Source: Schizochytrium sp. TIO01 (lineage: Eukaryota > Protista > Bigyra: Labyrinthulomycetes). From it: a DNA stretch of 64,000 nucleotides. Where the stretch lies: assembly GCA_004764695.1 (NCBI GenBank), contig SMSO01000031.1, positions 8,166,761 to 8,230,760 of the forward strand, in the 5' to 3' direction. Numbering within the stretch: the stretch's first letter is position 1; every line of letters starts with the position of its first letter. The position numbers were made by a program, and so were the translations under genes. The notes beneath the pieces are model-generated. The model was not told the origin of the DNA. It was given only the letters and a program-made list of their open reading frames with translations, and searched no databases. This document shows, one piece after another, positions 51,176 through 64,000 of this stretch.

Positions 51176-54100
51176 ACGTGTACCTCTTCTTCTTGATTGA
51201 CTCTCTATTATTGTAAAATGAATGAAATGACTGCACATGTTGTTTTCCTAAATTTCCTCTGTCGTTTCCCCAGCAAATCACTCTTGTCCTCTTGTAACTC
51301 CTGCATTGGCCTTTGCCACAACAACTAAGCGGCTCCTATTCTGCATCTTGACTAAGATCTTTCTTCTATCTCCAAATGAAGGCATTATCTACATCATATC
51401 TTACAATGATGCAAAATGTATCAAGGACTAGCTGCTGCTGCCTACACGGGATCATTGATACACTTTTAAGTGGGTGGAACGACTATTTTCAAAGCAATTG
51501 TGCAGATTGCATGGCTCACGATAGTGAAAGAGTTTCTCTCAAGCACAGTACCACAGTTTTGTCAAGCCATAAAGATCTCCACGACTTTCACGACCCCAGG
51601 TTGGGTCTAGTCTGACGGTCAAGGCACATTTTGATGTTTAGTTCTTAGAAGATCATGTAAGAGGGCAATCACTTCGAAGACGAATTTCTTGTGGCTCGAG
51701 GAGCTAGTGCCTACTTTCAAGGGTGCCAGAGATATTTGCTTTTATTTACATGTTGTTATATGTCTCAGTTTATCTTTCAAAGTCTGTAGCGACAGTACTT
51801 ACTATGTCCCATCTGTTGTAAGGTATCCTTTTCATTCTAGTTTTCCCGGCCATGCAACATATTTAGTTCATCATTTGAAGAAATTCGTCAGCGTTTTCTT
51901 TCAATTGTCGTATGTTGGGTTTCTTCATCTATGGTCTTGATGTTCAGGAAAGTTACAACGCCCTAGATTGTCACAAGGGAAGTGGTGTTTTAAGCGAAAA
52001 GAGGCACTTTATGAAATGGCATCTACTTAACTTTGAAAAGAAGAGAAACACGTAAGATCGAGGCTCACTATTTAAGAAAGAAGACACAACTTTAAATATT
52101 CCATCAGCTATGCATATACTTAGGCGTGTCGACTCTAGCATTGAGGACCTAATATTGCTTTGCATGCATATACTTCAATGTGCACAGTTGCAAGCAAGTC
52201 AATTACTTGAGCTCTTCTTTCTCGCGTATTCAATGAAGGGAGGCGAGTATTGTAAAAACTTTGTTGCAATCAAAAGTGAGCTTGACAACAAGTGCTTCAG
52301 CAACGACTTTACTATTAGGCGCAGGAAACTTGGTCAACGTTTTCCCTTTTACTTTCTATATGGCTTATCTCAGATCAAATTATATGTACATAGTGCTTAC
52401 TCATTTGGAGAACGACATGTTGTAGTGGTTATCTCGAAGTTTATTTTCAAGTCTAAAAAGCCAAATGTTAGACCCATGGTGATCTGAGCAGTACTACGTG
52501 AACGTAATAGCCAGCTATTGCAGAGTAGCTTGTGCTGTGAAGCGTGGAGAGGTAGTCTGACAAGGATGGCGAACTCAGGAGAAAGAGAAAGAGGATGATA
52601 TATGAGTTATTGGGGTTTCAGGTCTGGATACAGGCAGGGATGAATGTATGATGTCAGTCCAATACACAGGATGTGTCGGACATGGGAGGTTCGTTAGGTG
52701 GGGTGAGGTTCGGTTAGGCAGTAGCTGTATATTACTTCAATACCAGCTTAACTTTAAACTTACGGATAAAGTTTCGTAACATTTCCATGTCTCTACTAAA
52801 AAATTATGATGAATGGCGATGTATTGCACAAAAACAAATTTTGGTCGAATCAAATGTTTGTTGTGCTCGAAGATGGATATGGTCAGAAGGTGAAGACGAT
52901 AATCTGGAAGGAGGACTAGGATGACCGAGTAAACTTTAGCTTCTAAAGTTGTCTGCTCTCCTTCAAGTAGATTGATTTGTGTTACAATTAGGAGTCTAAT
53001 TTAGAACTGTACAACATTTGATCGAAGAAGAGGTCAGATCGACTTGTTTCTTCAACTATCAATTTATACTCCATAGTACTTCTTCTATTGAATAAGGTTG
53101 TACACTTTGGATAATTGAATCTATTAATTTCACAACTATGCGTGCGGTTGTCCAGTTAAAATCCTATGTAAATTCTATTTTGTTGAAGACTTGCCAAGAA
53201 CTTTAGCAAAATCTTTCTTCGATTGGAGATCTCAACAGTCTATGCATTCTCAAATAAATAAACGGTTCTTGCTTTAGAACAAAATAAAAGACGAGGCTGA
53301 CAGCATTCACCAGCGTCCTGAGAATCATGCTAATAGACTCATGAGCTTGTTAGTGTTTCTGTTTTATTTTATATTATTTGTTTTTTCAGATTTTGGAAAT
53401 TAGTTTATGGAGTAATCTATGCAATGGTCACACATACGATCTCGCAAACAAGATTTAAGCGTATGGGTAGATTAAGCAAATTGCCTCTGATTTCTTTGGA
53501 CTCGAGATACTTTCATATCTGAGTGCCTGGAGAAAACACAACACTCTGTACATCAAACTTCTAGCTCTATTTTGAATAGAGAAGAATGAAGGAAATACGA
53601 CCCATCAAAGTCGAGTTGATAAATGTAGAAAAGACCTGGAATATATTATGCAACAATGAAAAACGAGTATTTTATGTCCCATCAAGTGACGATCAGCAAT
53701 TTGCCCACACACAAGAGTCGACCACCTGACTTTCACATGATTGGATATTTTGATTGCCAAACTAGAGTTGCAAAGCTCCCCAGGAGCGAACGATAAATTA
53801 GAGCCACAGAGAATGAATCCATCAGATTCAAAGAAAAGCTCGAGGTTAGTATAAGAATTGTAAGAAAAGAAACAGAACAAAAACAAAGGAAGCTGACTAG
53901 CTGGTTGATTATAAACGCGTTAATGATCGAGCTATATCTACGTTGTGCGGAGAGAGGGTAAGAAAGTGTTTCTGATAAGTAAAAAAGCATGCGCGCGGCG
54001 GTGAAAGTCTGGTATGCGAGCGTGCACACACCGATCAAGCGCCTGCCGGCTGATAAGATATAAAACGCCGCGACCTTGCCGGCCTCGGCTGCGAAATAAT

Positions 54101-54222
54101 GAATGAATGAACACGAGTGACTGCTTGACTTGCACGAAAGCAAAAAAAAAGAACGGAAGAAATAACTTGTGGAGTAAGAGCTCTTAAATGGAGCGACCAT
54201 GTCCTTAGCCATGACCATTTAC

Positions 54223-54879
54223 TCATGCAGAAGATGCCCTGCGGTCTTCCTCCTGCTCTCCTTCGAGTACAGCAAAGTACTCCACATCGTCTTCAGCGGC
54301 ATGGATCATTTCGTGGATTTCCTTGAGCTCCTCCATTGTCCTCTGGCGCACAAACGGGCTTACTTCGTTCATGATGAGCATGCGGTCTGCGTTTGAAAGG
54401 TGCTTGAAGCCACGTACGGAACGGGTCACACCGGAAGCCTTGCAGTCGGCACACTCGCAGGGGAACGGGCTGTTCATGTCCCACTCGGTGGTGTTGTAGT
54501 TGAAGCTGAGGTCCTCACCAGCATCAACGTCCTTGGTCACCACGAAAGATGCGGCCTTGCGGTCGTCATGGACCACGATACGGGTGTTGGTGCCAGCGCA
54601 GGCGTGGCTGATGAACTCAGCGCCGAGCGTGGGTGCGACGTGGGTGGTCTCATCGAACTGAACCGTGTGCATGGTGGGGCGGCCCTCCACAGGCTCGCGG
54701 AAGACATTAATCACAGTGCCAGCGGCCAGAGGCACGCGAGCAATGGCCTTGCGGCCGATGGTCTTGGTCTCCACGAGCTCAAGCGCATCCTCAGTCTTCA
54801 TGACAGTGGAGAGCTGTCTCCGCAGAAACGAAGCGGGAGTGCCTGCCAGAGGCGATCTGAAGGCTACGCGGCTGAGCAT
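54223..54879 (-). CDS. Small SET-domain (post-SET) protein, putative lysine methyltransferase with a mitochondrial-type presequence
   Basis: GRKAIARVPLAAG (motif I-like), FISHAC (NHSC-like), GEDLSFNY (GEELTFDY-like) and FPCECADC (post-SET). The N-terminus MLSRVAFRSPLAGTPASFLRRQLST is Arg/Ser-rich and has no acidic residues. GC-rich codon usage resembles the histone genes. Confidence 0.85.
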   Translation of the reverse strand: MLSRVAFRSPLAGTPASFLRRQLSTVMKTEDALELVETKTIGRKAIARVPLAAGTVINVFREPVEGRPTMHTVQFDETTHVAPTLGAEFISHACAGTNTRIVVHDDRKAASFVVTKDVDAGEDLSFNYNTTEWDMNSPFPCECADCKASGVTRSVRGFKHLSNADRMLIMNEVSPFVRQRTMEELKEIHEMIHAAEDDVEYFAVLEGEQEEDRRASSA

Positions 54880-55859
54880 CCTGGCGGGAGGGGTCGGTGA
54901 AGAGTATGCTAAAGGAGTTGCGGCGAAGCTAGTTGAATTGCAACGAGGCGAACGGGGTTTGCTTCGCTTTGCTTAGCTTTGCTTGTTTTCCTTTCGATGG
55001 TGCTTTAGGAAATTAAGATAAACACGATTGCAAATGGTCTCTAAAGTACAGTAGGAAGTGCTTTTATTTTCATTTTCATTTTCATTTTCAACTTTCACAT
55101 GATTTTTTCATTGAATAACATATTTTCAAATATTACTTTTTTATTAAATTAAAATGAAACTAACTAGCTACTCTTATTGTGCATTAGTTTGTGGGCCTCG
55201 CACTTCTACTGTGGAGCTTCACGAAAAGTCAAAGAGTAAATAAACAAACAAATAAATCGTTTACAGCTCATGTCATCCTTTTTGCGAGATTTTAATATTA
55301 AGAATAAAACCATCATTCTTTAATCTACGCACCTCACTTTAAAAAATAAAAACAAACTTTTAAAATAAAAACCTACCATATGAAGAACAGGATCATTGCA
55401 GTAGCACCTTTTCTTAAAAGGAGGAACGAGTCTGATTCATTTTACGACTGCGGCTTATTATCTCGTCATCGCATTCGATTTCTTGGTTTCTTGAAGCAGC
55501 TGCTCAAACATGCACGCCGTTCTTGCTGTCTGCGCTGCCTTCGATATCCTGCGCCGCTCCAGTGGCCAATAACCGCGTCCTCGGCTTCGTTCACTTGCTT
55601 GGTAGGCCCATCATCACACGTTTTGAATGCGCCACTATTTACGCTTTGGGAATTTCGGATTGTAATGTAATCAAATCGATCATTTCCTAGGAAGTGGAGG
55701 CGCTCGCTTCCTTCTTTGAGACGGACGCGTATGCGCTTTGAGATGCGAATAAATATGCCAAACAAAGACGCCAGTCCTTCCTATGCTAAAACAACAACAA
55801 CAACAAACAAAATATCTCGTGCTATCGTGCATGAATTCATGCAGGTCCGTCTGCCTTAT

Positions 55860-55920
55860 TAGATTGCATTGCAAAATAGATTGCATTGCAAAATAGATTG
55901 CATTGCAATAGATTGCAAAA
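55860..55920. repeat. Short 17-bp minisatellite (tagattgcattgcaaaa), ~3.5 copies
   Basis: Directly visible tandem copies in non-coding DNA. Confidence 0.85.
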
Positions 55921-58900
55921 ATCGCGTTGCGTTGCATGAGATCGCATTACACTGCATTGCCACGCGAAGACGCAAGGACTTACGAGGTTGATCAGTACCT
56001 CGAAAGCAGCGACTCTGTGCAAACAAACCCTCATCCACGCCAATCTACAGCCTCCATTTGATTTTGGTCTCTTGTCATTCTCTTTCTTTGTCTTTCTTTC
56101 TGCTTTCTGTGGGCCTGGAAATAAAACAAAGCAAAAAACAATTAATCAATCAATCAATCAATCAAACAAACAATTAATCAAATAAGAGGGCATGGCTGCC
56201 AGCTCGCCACGGAAACCGAGAAGTCTCGCCGTGTGGCGCCCGCTGGAGCGGCTGGAGGAGGCCCGTTTGCTTGCGGCATCACCCAGGGTTTAGGACGCTA
56301 GATAGCAGCAAGGGACCGCCAAGAAGCAGCCAATGACAGAGGCAGGCTGGCTGGCTGCCGACTTGGGCTTAGTTTCCATCTGCTTTCGCCGCTGTTCTTC
56401 TGTTTTATTCGCCTTTTGCTCTATATTTTACATTTTACATTTTATATTGCAATATAAGTAACTTATTTTACAAAAATGAGAAAATGAATTAAATATAACT
56501 TTAAAAAGAAGATTAAAATTAAAATTAAATTTTATATTTATGTTTGAGTTGTTATTTTTTAATTTTGAACTACTAGGAAAAGTCACAGTCACATCCGCCG
56601 TAGCTATTTTAAGCAGTACGTACCTACGTTTTTCGTAAACTTTATTCGCAGAGGAGATGAAAGAAGAAGGAGAAAGAAGAAGAGTAAACCGCTGATCATA
56701 TTCTGCGCAAACTGATGACATTTGCGCGGAGAGCTCGGAATCGGCTTAAGCCACGACTTATCAAACGAAACGATCGAACGCAATCGCACATTCGCTCTCC
56801 GTTCGCGTTGATGGTGATGGTGACGATGATGATGTGCTCTTGGCACAGCCTGGCAGGGTGAGCTGAGAAGGCTGATTTCGTCAATTCAGTCGAACTTCTT
56901 CGGGCTTTAGAAGGCAGAGTGAATGATTCATAATCATCATCACAGCGAGAAATGGGTTTTCACAGCTGCACTGCTAGCTAGCTACCCACTAAGTAAGCTA
57001 GTAAGCCACTAGGGTAAGTACCGCTTTAGAAAGAAAGAAAGAAAGAAAGAAAGGAAGAAATAAGAGCGCGATCTGAAAGAAAGAAAGAAAGAAAGTACCT
57101 GAGCAAATACTCTTGTCGCAAAAAGCAGCTCCAAGCCTGAGGGACCGCTGAAAACCCGATGCGTACTTGCCCGAACCTGTATTTGTTTGGTTTTAACTGG
57201 CTGAGCGCAGCCTCGCGCCAATCCTGATCATGGCGAGGACTTGGCCAAAGGGCGCCTCGGAGCACTGTGCGCCGGGCCCAGAGACTTGAAGCAACACAGA
57301 AGTGCTTAAGTGCGAACTGCGAAGATGGAGCGCCCACGGAAGGCAGGTGTCCCCTCCAAAGGCAGACTTAGTAATTGCCGGCGAAGAAATGCAGAAAGAT
57401 GAGAGTAGCGATGGATTGATTGATTGATTGATTGATTGACTGTATCGTCTTTGACAGCCCAAGTTGATTCAAGGAGCGGAGGAACTGAAAGAGAGCGAGA
57501 GAGCTCGCACGCACAGGACAGCCGTCTGCACTGTGCGCTGCGGCTGCTGTTTCCAAATGACACAGCGTGAGAAATCGTCCGTGCGACATCATCATTTCGA
57601 GCAAGGAATTACCTCGCAATTGATTGGTTTCCGAATTCTTTTTTTCCCTTTTTTCTTTTTTCTTTTAAATGATTAAATTAAAATAAAATTATAAAAGGCA
57701 TAAAAGGCATACTACCACCTACGTAGGTACTTCAAAGTTTTCTCTCATAATAATGATATAACTTAAAAACCATTAAATATATGTTTTTAAAACATTAAAA
57801 AGTATACACTAATAATAAGTTTGTTTGTTTTTAAATAAAAAAATTAAATTAAATTAATGAATGAACGTGTAGAAAAGCCCTTTAGGCTAATCAAAAAATC
57901 CACTGCTTCGGTAGGAGTGGCTACCGCCAATGCTACCAAGTAATTTTAAACTCTTCTGCTTAGCTCCCTTCGCCCGCTGTCTAACCGCCGCTGATGAGGA
58001 CCCTGTTTGTTGGCGGAACTGGGAACTTCGAGAGGGGGACAGGAGGAAGAAAGGCCACTTCCATTCCAGTTCCCTAATTCCGAGTTGTTATTGGTTTCCA
58101 TTCCAGTTCTGCCTTCTCCGCCCTGGTTCCTGCCGGCTCGAATCGCGGATTCGCAGATCAGATTCGCAGGTGATAGACAAGCTCCTCCTGTCTGCCAAAG
58201 GCCACGCGTACGGCGGCCTCTTGGTCCAGAAGTGGTGCGTGCTACTTTGGAATTCCAGGCATTGGAGAAGAAGAAATAGAAGAAGAGGCAATTCGACTCT
58301 CTTTTCCTCGATTGGCACTTAGCTGGCTGTCGTCTGTCTAGTTCAAGGCGATCCCAGAGGCAGGGTGGACGGGGGTTCTCTGTCTCCTACGGAGGTTTTA
58401 TGACTGCGGGGAAGACCTCCCTCACATAACACTGAGGGAATTATGGGCGTGAGCACCTCTAAGCACACTGAGGAAAAGTGGGTGAGGGCGCTGACGCGGG
58501 ACTCCCTCTCAAGGTACGGTTAGTGTGTAGTGGAGTGTGAGGGGAATCCCGTGCCCACAGCTGGTCCTAGAAGCCCCTTCGTCGTCTCTGTGTCCACTGG
58601 GACATCCAACCCGCTCACGTGCGAGAATTGCTGCTGCTGACGGTGATGGAGCACAGGAACTTGAAGAAGAAGGTGACGAATTACAGCGAAGCGTGTTTCA
58701 ATGTATGTGCACTGCATGCCGTCGAAAGTTGCTGCAGCACCAGTGCCTAAGCAGGTTTTCGAAGGTCTTGCCAATGCCAAACACCTGCTTTATTCATGAC
58801 GCACGGTACTTTGTCAGAAGCAAGAGCATCAGATGTAGCAGAACTAGTACCACGTTCTCGGGCAGATAGGTGAATCGTTTTGGCAGATGTCCATTTGACG

Positions 58901-61900
58901 GCAGCGGTGCAGTTCCTGATAACGTCAAGTTAAAAGTCAATTTAATTAAGCATAAACTGTTGGGGTTCTCGATGTCAATCTGAGTCTCTGATATGAACGT
59001 AGACGGCACTGTAGAAGAAGGCATCCGCGGAATGCCTACGCGAGAAGCGAAAGGACTCACCGATCAGATCTCCGCAATGGTTGATTATGGCTGATTTATT
59101 TGAGTGACCAGGCGTATGACCTTCTTGAAAAGAGTGGCGAGGTTGAGCTGCTGCTGCGTAATCGGAATTTGCATTCTCATCTGAATGACTTCATCTACTT
59201 TATTTTTACTGTAAAAAGAGTACTAAGTATTCTGAAGCCACGTCCTTACAATTCAGTCCTCTCTGTGGGCCTCCATCTTCCCCTCGGCGTCAGCTGTGGT
59301 GCGATACTGTCTATTCTGGCCATCCGCTGTGGGTACACACCGACCTATTTCTCAGGAAAAGCAGAAACCACTCGTTGATTGCTCGATTGATCGATTGTTT
59401 TCCTTTGTAGAATAAAGGCTCCCTTACTTCAAAGTCTTTAAAAGTACGTATATATACATACAGACATACATACCTCTGCATGCCAACTTCATGACACGTG
59501 AAGAAGAAATCATATCAAATTAAACTGCACATCAAATCAAATTTTAACATCAAATTTCACATCAAATCAGAGCAAAGTAAAACGAAGAGCAAGTGATGCA
59601 GTAGCCTTTAAGTAAAGTCTGTCCGCCAGTCTTCGATCAAACATCGCTTCTGTCAGCCTTCCAGAGCCGGCGCGTGAGTAAAGCTCAGTCCTCCAAACCT
59701 CCTTTTCAAGTTCTTCTTCTTGTTCTTCTTCTTGTTTTTTGTTGTTGTTCTTCTTCCTCCGTTTTAGCTCACCGCCCTTTGATCTTCATCAGTCCTTCGC
59801 AATCATTTTCATCATTTCCATCCCAATCATTTCGATCTTAACCACTCCTCGCGACTACTACTACTGCTACTAATACAGCTAGCTAGATGGCACTACTGGT
59901 GCTACTCCTAAACACTGCCATTAGGGTTTTCGGTACGAGGGTAGCCCTCGTCGCGCACAGATGTAATGCATTGCACGCGAGGGGGACGTATATAAGGGGT
60001 CCAGTGGGAGGGCGGGCGTGGCTTGGAAATAGTAAGGGATAAACTGAGAGGGCTCTCTTTTCTCCTCTGATTCCTTGTTCTGAGGGGAAGAGGGTTAGTT
60101 ATGAGGTACGTGGGTAAAGTAGGGCCGTTAGATCCACTTGAAGGGAAGCGGTGATTGCTGAGGTAATGGGGCAGTGGCGACGGCCTTTTCACGCAAATTG
60201 TGGCTACTTTGCTTGAACTTGGAGAGAAAACGGAGAAAATAAACATTCGCTTTTGCACAACTTTCATTTCTCTCACCAGGCGCCTGAAGTTCCTTTATTT
60301 TTATTACTCACCTTCAAAATACTTTTGTTCGATTTATCATTTTTTAATCATTTTGTTTATTTACTTTACTTTTAAAGTAAATAAAAGCAGTATATTTAAA
60401 ATTAGAGACTCTCAGTCTTTTGAGGTTTAGTTGTTTAGAGGCGAAGTTTTGGGCTGGCAAATAAGGCGAAAGCAGGAGCCAAAGTTTAAAAGGAGGCGAA
60501 TAAACGGTGTTTCTTTCTCGTCGTCATAAGTTGAGTCTTCGAGTCGAAGAGGTCAAGGGCCCCCGAACCCAGCCTATCGCAGCCTAAGTCTGCCCTTGAA
60601 ACCTTTGATCCAACCAAGGACAACGCCCTTCAAAGGTGCCCTTCGAGCTTGAAAGTAGTAGTCCTTGGCAATAGTGCCCTTTTCTCATAAGTATCGATCT
60701 TCCGCTTTCTGGGCATTCTGATCATAACTTCTTTTTTTATTAAATTTAATTTATTAAAAAAAAAAAATATGAAATTAAATGAATCATTGAATAAATGAAG
60801 GAATTAAAAAATTGAAATTAAGTATGATCATAATTACGCAATAGTAAGTTATAGCTGATAGAGGACGATGCTGCTGCCGCCATCGTCTCACGCATCGAAG
60901 ATCGCAAACAATCGAACTGCCGCAGCGATACCTTGCGATTCATTGACTTGCGGTTCATTCACACGGTGCTCGCGAAACCATCTTGAGCCCCGCACGACGA
61001 AGACCTCCGTGCCGAGCGCCCTTCGCGGGATAAAACCTCGCTGGAGAAAGGAGTCTCGGCCGTCCTGGCAAAACAGCACAACAAAGCAAAAGAAGCACTG
61101 TCGCTGATTCTTCATTGCATTGAGTGAGTTCTTAATAGTTTGCGGCGATGGTGTGTAGAACTGGAGGGAATGAAGGCTCCTCTGCAATTCAACTTCTTGA
61201 GCCAGTTGTGCCGTACTGTATCTTATCTTTGGCGCCGACGAGCTGGAGCCACGATTTCGAATGACCTTGAGCCGCAGTCAATTTTAGTCGGCTTGGATAA
61301 AGGCCGCTCAAGATCAGAGCAGCTTCGTTCGAGTTATTATTGCAGCGCACGCCCTTCATTCGCAGCGGTTCTTATCTTTCTCCCTTATCTCTCGTGCCTA
61401 TTTTAGGTGAGCAACCTTGGACATATAACTAACTGGCAAGCAAACTAACAAAGACAAGAAAAAAAAGTCGAAGGAAACTCGTAAAGTCGGCCGATTACAC
61501 GGCCGCGATCGCAGTCAGGACAATCAGGCGCTGCAAATGCGTCGCCCTTCTGCACGGACCTGGCCTTCTCCCCCGTCTGCCGAGGCCCCCGTATTTCCGC
61601 ATCCATGCATCTCCGTTGTCCCGCTTTCTCTTTCGAGCTATAAAGCGCCATCCACCATAATTAGTTAATTCAATTAACTAATTAAAAACAAAAGGGAAAA
61701 ACGTTCAAGTTCATCGAAAGAAAGAAAGAAGTGAGCGATTGATAACGACGACATTCGAAAACGTGTTTGCACTTCCTTTCATATAAATAATGAGACAGAA
61801 AGACAGACAGACGGACAATGTAACGTCTGAAGCGGAAGAAGGCTTTAATTCGCGCTTGAGACGCTTCGATTTGGTGGATGGATTTGCTTTGCTCTCGTTC

Positions 61901-64000
61901 GCAGTCCTATCTATATCTATATCTGTGTATCTGTGTATCTATTTCAAAAGCTTCTTTATTAATTGAGATTAAATTAAATTAGTTTTAAAAGATAACATAA
62001 AAAGAAGAGGAGGTGCAGTCATGTAAATAATGGGAAACTGACTTCTTCGATTTCTGGTCTCTGTGTTTTCCGATTGTGACGCTGCGGCCGTTCTTTTTGA
62101 AAGCGCTGCATCGATATGGAATGGAGTATGTGGGAATCCCAAAGGCAAGGGTGCTCAAGTTGAGAATACTTCGCAGGGAATCGTGCACTGCTATGCGGGC
62201 CTAGCCTTACCGGTAGCTGGCCGCCCGTGACAGTCGAGCGGAGGGAAACCTTGGCAGAACTTCGAAGGAGCCGAAGAGGCGTTGCTTTCAAGGCCGCGGG
62301 CGCTCGAGGGGCCCTCGTGAAGGGCTGTGCCAGGGCTGCTCTGTGCCTTATTCTGCAGCGCATCTCTGGCTGCCAGCCGATCTTGAGGGCGGTTCGGCGA
62401 GAGCTAAGGATTGGATTGGCATTATGGAGGTGACACCACCAGAGTCAGTACTACTATGATCATTATCATTTATATCTTACATTAAACAAAAACTAATTGA
62501 AAGAAGAAGAAGAAGAAGAAGAAGAAGCGCAGAGGAACAGAAAGCTGAGAGAAGGCGGTTTAGGAGAATGAAGGAGATGGAGGTGACGGTGCATGGGCAG
62601 GGAGGGAATATGGAAACGCAGGGAAGGCGGGGAGGGCAGGGCCGCAGGCAGCTTCGGTTTATGGAGAAGGGTTTGATCTGCAGGCCTTTTGAAGAAGAGT
62701 TGGGCGAAGAGAAAAGAGCTTTCAAGATGATCTATCTTTTTACCACCCGCGTTTTCAAAAAAAATATTCCCTTTTAAAGAGGAAAACGTTTTCTGGCTGC
62801 CAGGTTGTTTTGTATTAATATATTATTGTTTTATTTAATTAATTAATTAAAACATGATTCGAAACACACGTCATGCGTATTCGTGTGTGTGTGGGGGGGG
62901 GTCGTTAAAAAAATGTTTAAATAAATAAATAAGTATTATTATTTTAAAAATAAAAACACTTTAACTTTTAATTTTGAAAGGAAAAAGAAAAAAGGAAATG
63001 ATTTCTGACTTCAGGTAGGTACCTCTAATCTAGTTTTACCTTTTGGGGTAGGTAAAAGAGCGTAAAGCGAGCTGGGAAGAGATCTGCAGAACGCATTTTG
63101 TTTTAGTTTTATGTACTTTGGGATCCTGAGGCTCAGATGATCAGCACCATCGAAACCATGCCAAGGATCGAGATTGCGGGGAAGATGCGTATGAATTGAA
63201 ATGCGCGAGACTATATACTTTGCTTGAAGACATAAGTGCCATAGTTTTCAAGAAAGGACCCAGAGTCAGAAGTGTTCCAAGTCATGGCGGAGCTGCCGTG
63301 GACGAAGAGAGCATAGCGGGAAGAAAGGGACCGGGTTGCGCATGAGTTGCGGTAGAAGTTGTGACTTTCAAGGTTGAATGAAATTGGACTCCGGATTTAG
63401 TTTTTAGAAAAAAACTAAGAATTAGGGAGCAGTTGACGATGTTACGAAAAAGAACAAATTGGTCTTGGAAAGCAGGTGCGGCCCGATCGCAGATTTTTAA
63501 CGATGACGCAAGCTGGCTGGATGGATTCTTGTAGCATTGGGGTCATTATTACGCAAGGGACCTGCTAGTGCTACTGTGCGATGTAGGGTTCAAGCTCCTC
63601 GACGACATGTGAGGTCACTTGTATATGGTGTGGGGACCATCGACATTTTCCTTGCATTTTTATAAAAGGGGGCACGTACCTACCTGAGGTGGAGACGGCC
63701 AAGGTTGGAAAGCTTTACACCGATTGTGGTTTGTACCATGCGCTCACGGGACCGCAATGCAACCATGGTTACGAAAGGTATGTTGATTTGGAGTTTTGAG
63801 CTACATAGCGGTGACATATTTCAAGGAGTAAGGAAAGGAGTTTCAAGGAAGCAACATAGCTATCTGGCTACCGAATCATGAATTGACAAGTAGCTCGATC
63901 TCGAGGGATACACATACAAAATACATTAACTTCATAGCATTGCAATGGTGAATGCTGGACCTTTAGAGTCTACTACGGTGTCGGAGTCAAGAAATTGAGA

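Noticed and set aside
50462-51238. 258-aa antisense ORF over H2B (likewise 49183-49728 over H2A and 54400-54900 over the SET gene)
   Set aside because: Shadow ORFs caused by strong codon bias on the real strand.
58500-59380. Coding-like composition with 86-110 aa ORFs
   Set aside because: No recognisable domain and frames are interrupted. It needs a homology search.

Overview
Eukaryotic genomic DNA with short GT-AG introns, many microsatellites and a flagellar gene set. It is most consistent with a stramenopile protist such as a thraustochytrid, but that assignment is an inference. Contents: (1) a very large, divergent dynein-heavy-chain-like gene on the minus strand (start 16570, runs off the left edge, >5,400 codons, missing from the ORF track); (2) a small SAP/HeH-like coiled-coil gene and a CFAP144/FAM183-like ciliary gene, head-to-head; (3) ~12 kb of mostly non-coding DNA, then a KIX-like/low-complexity protein; (4) the highlight, a ~7.6 kb array of ~465-585 bp repeats (39803-47390) that looks like satellite DNA but is the 5' half of a 17-exon LRR-ROC-COR-TIR (Roco) gene. 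Each repeat is a near-identical intron plus one 84/87-nt phase-2 exon encoding a single 28-aa LRR, and variation is concentrated in the few codons of the predicted ligand-binding face, making it a candidate diversifying immune-type receptor; (5) a divergent H2A/H2B pair sharing a fixed-spacing 3' motif; (6) a small SET-domain protein with a mitochondrial-type leader. The last ~9 kb has no supportable gene.
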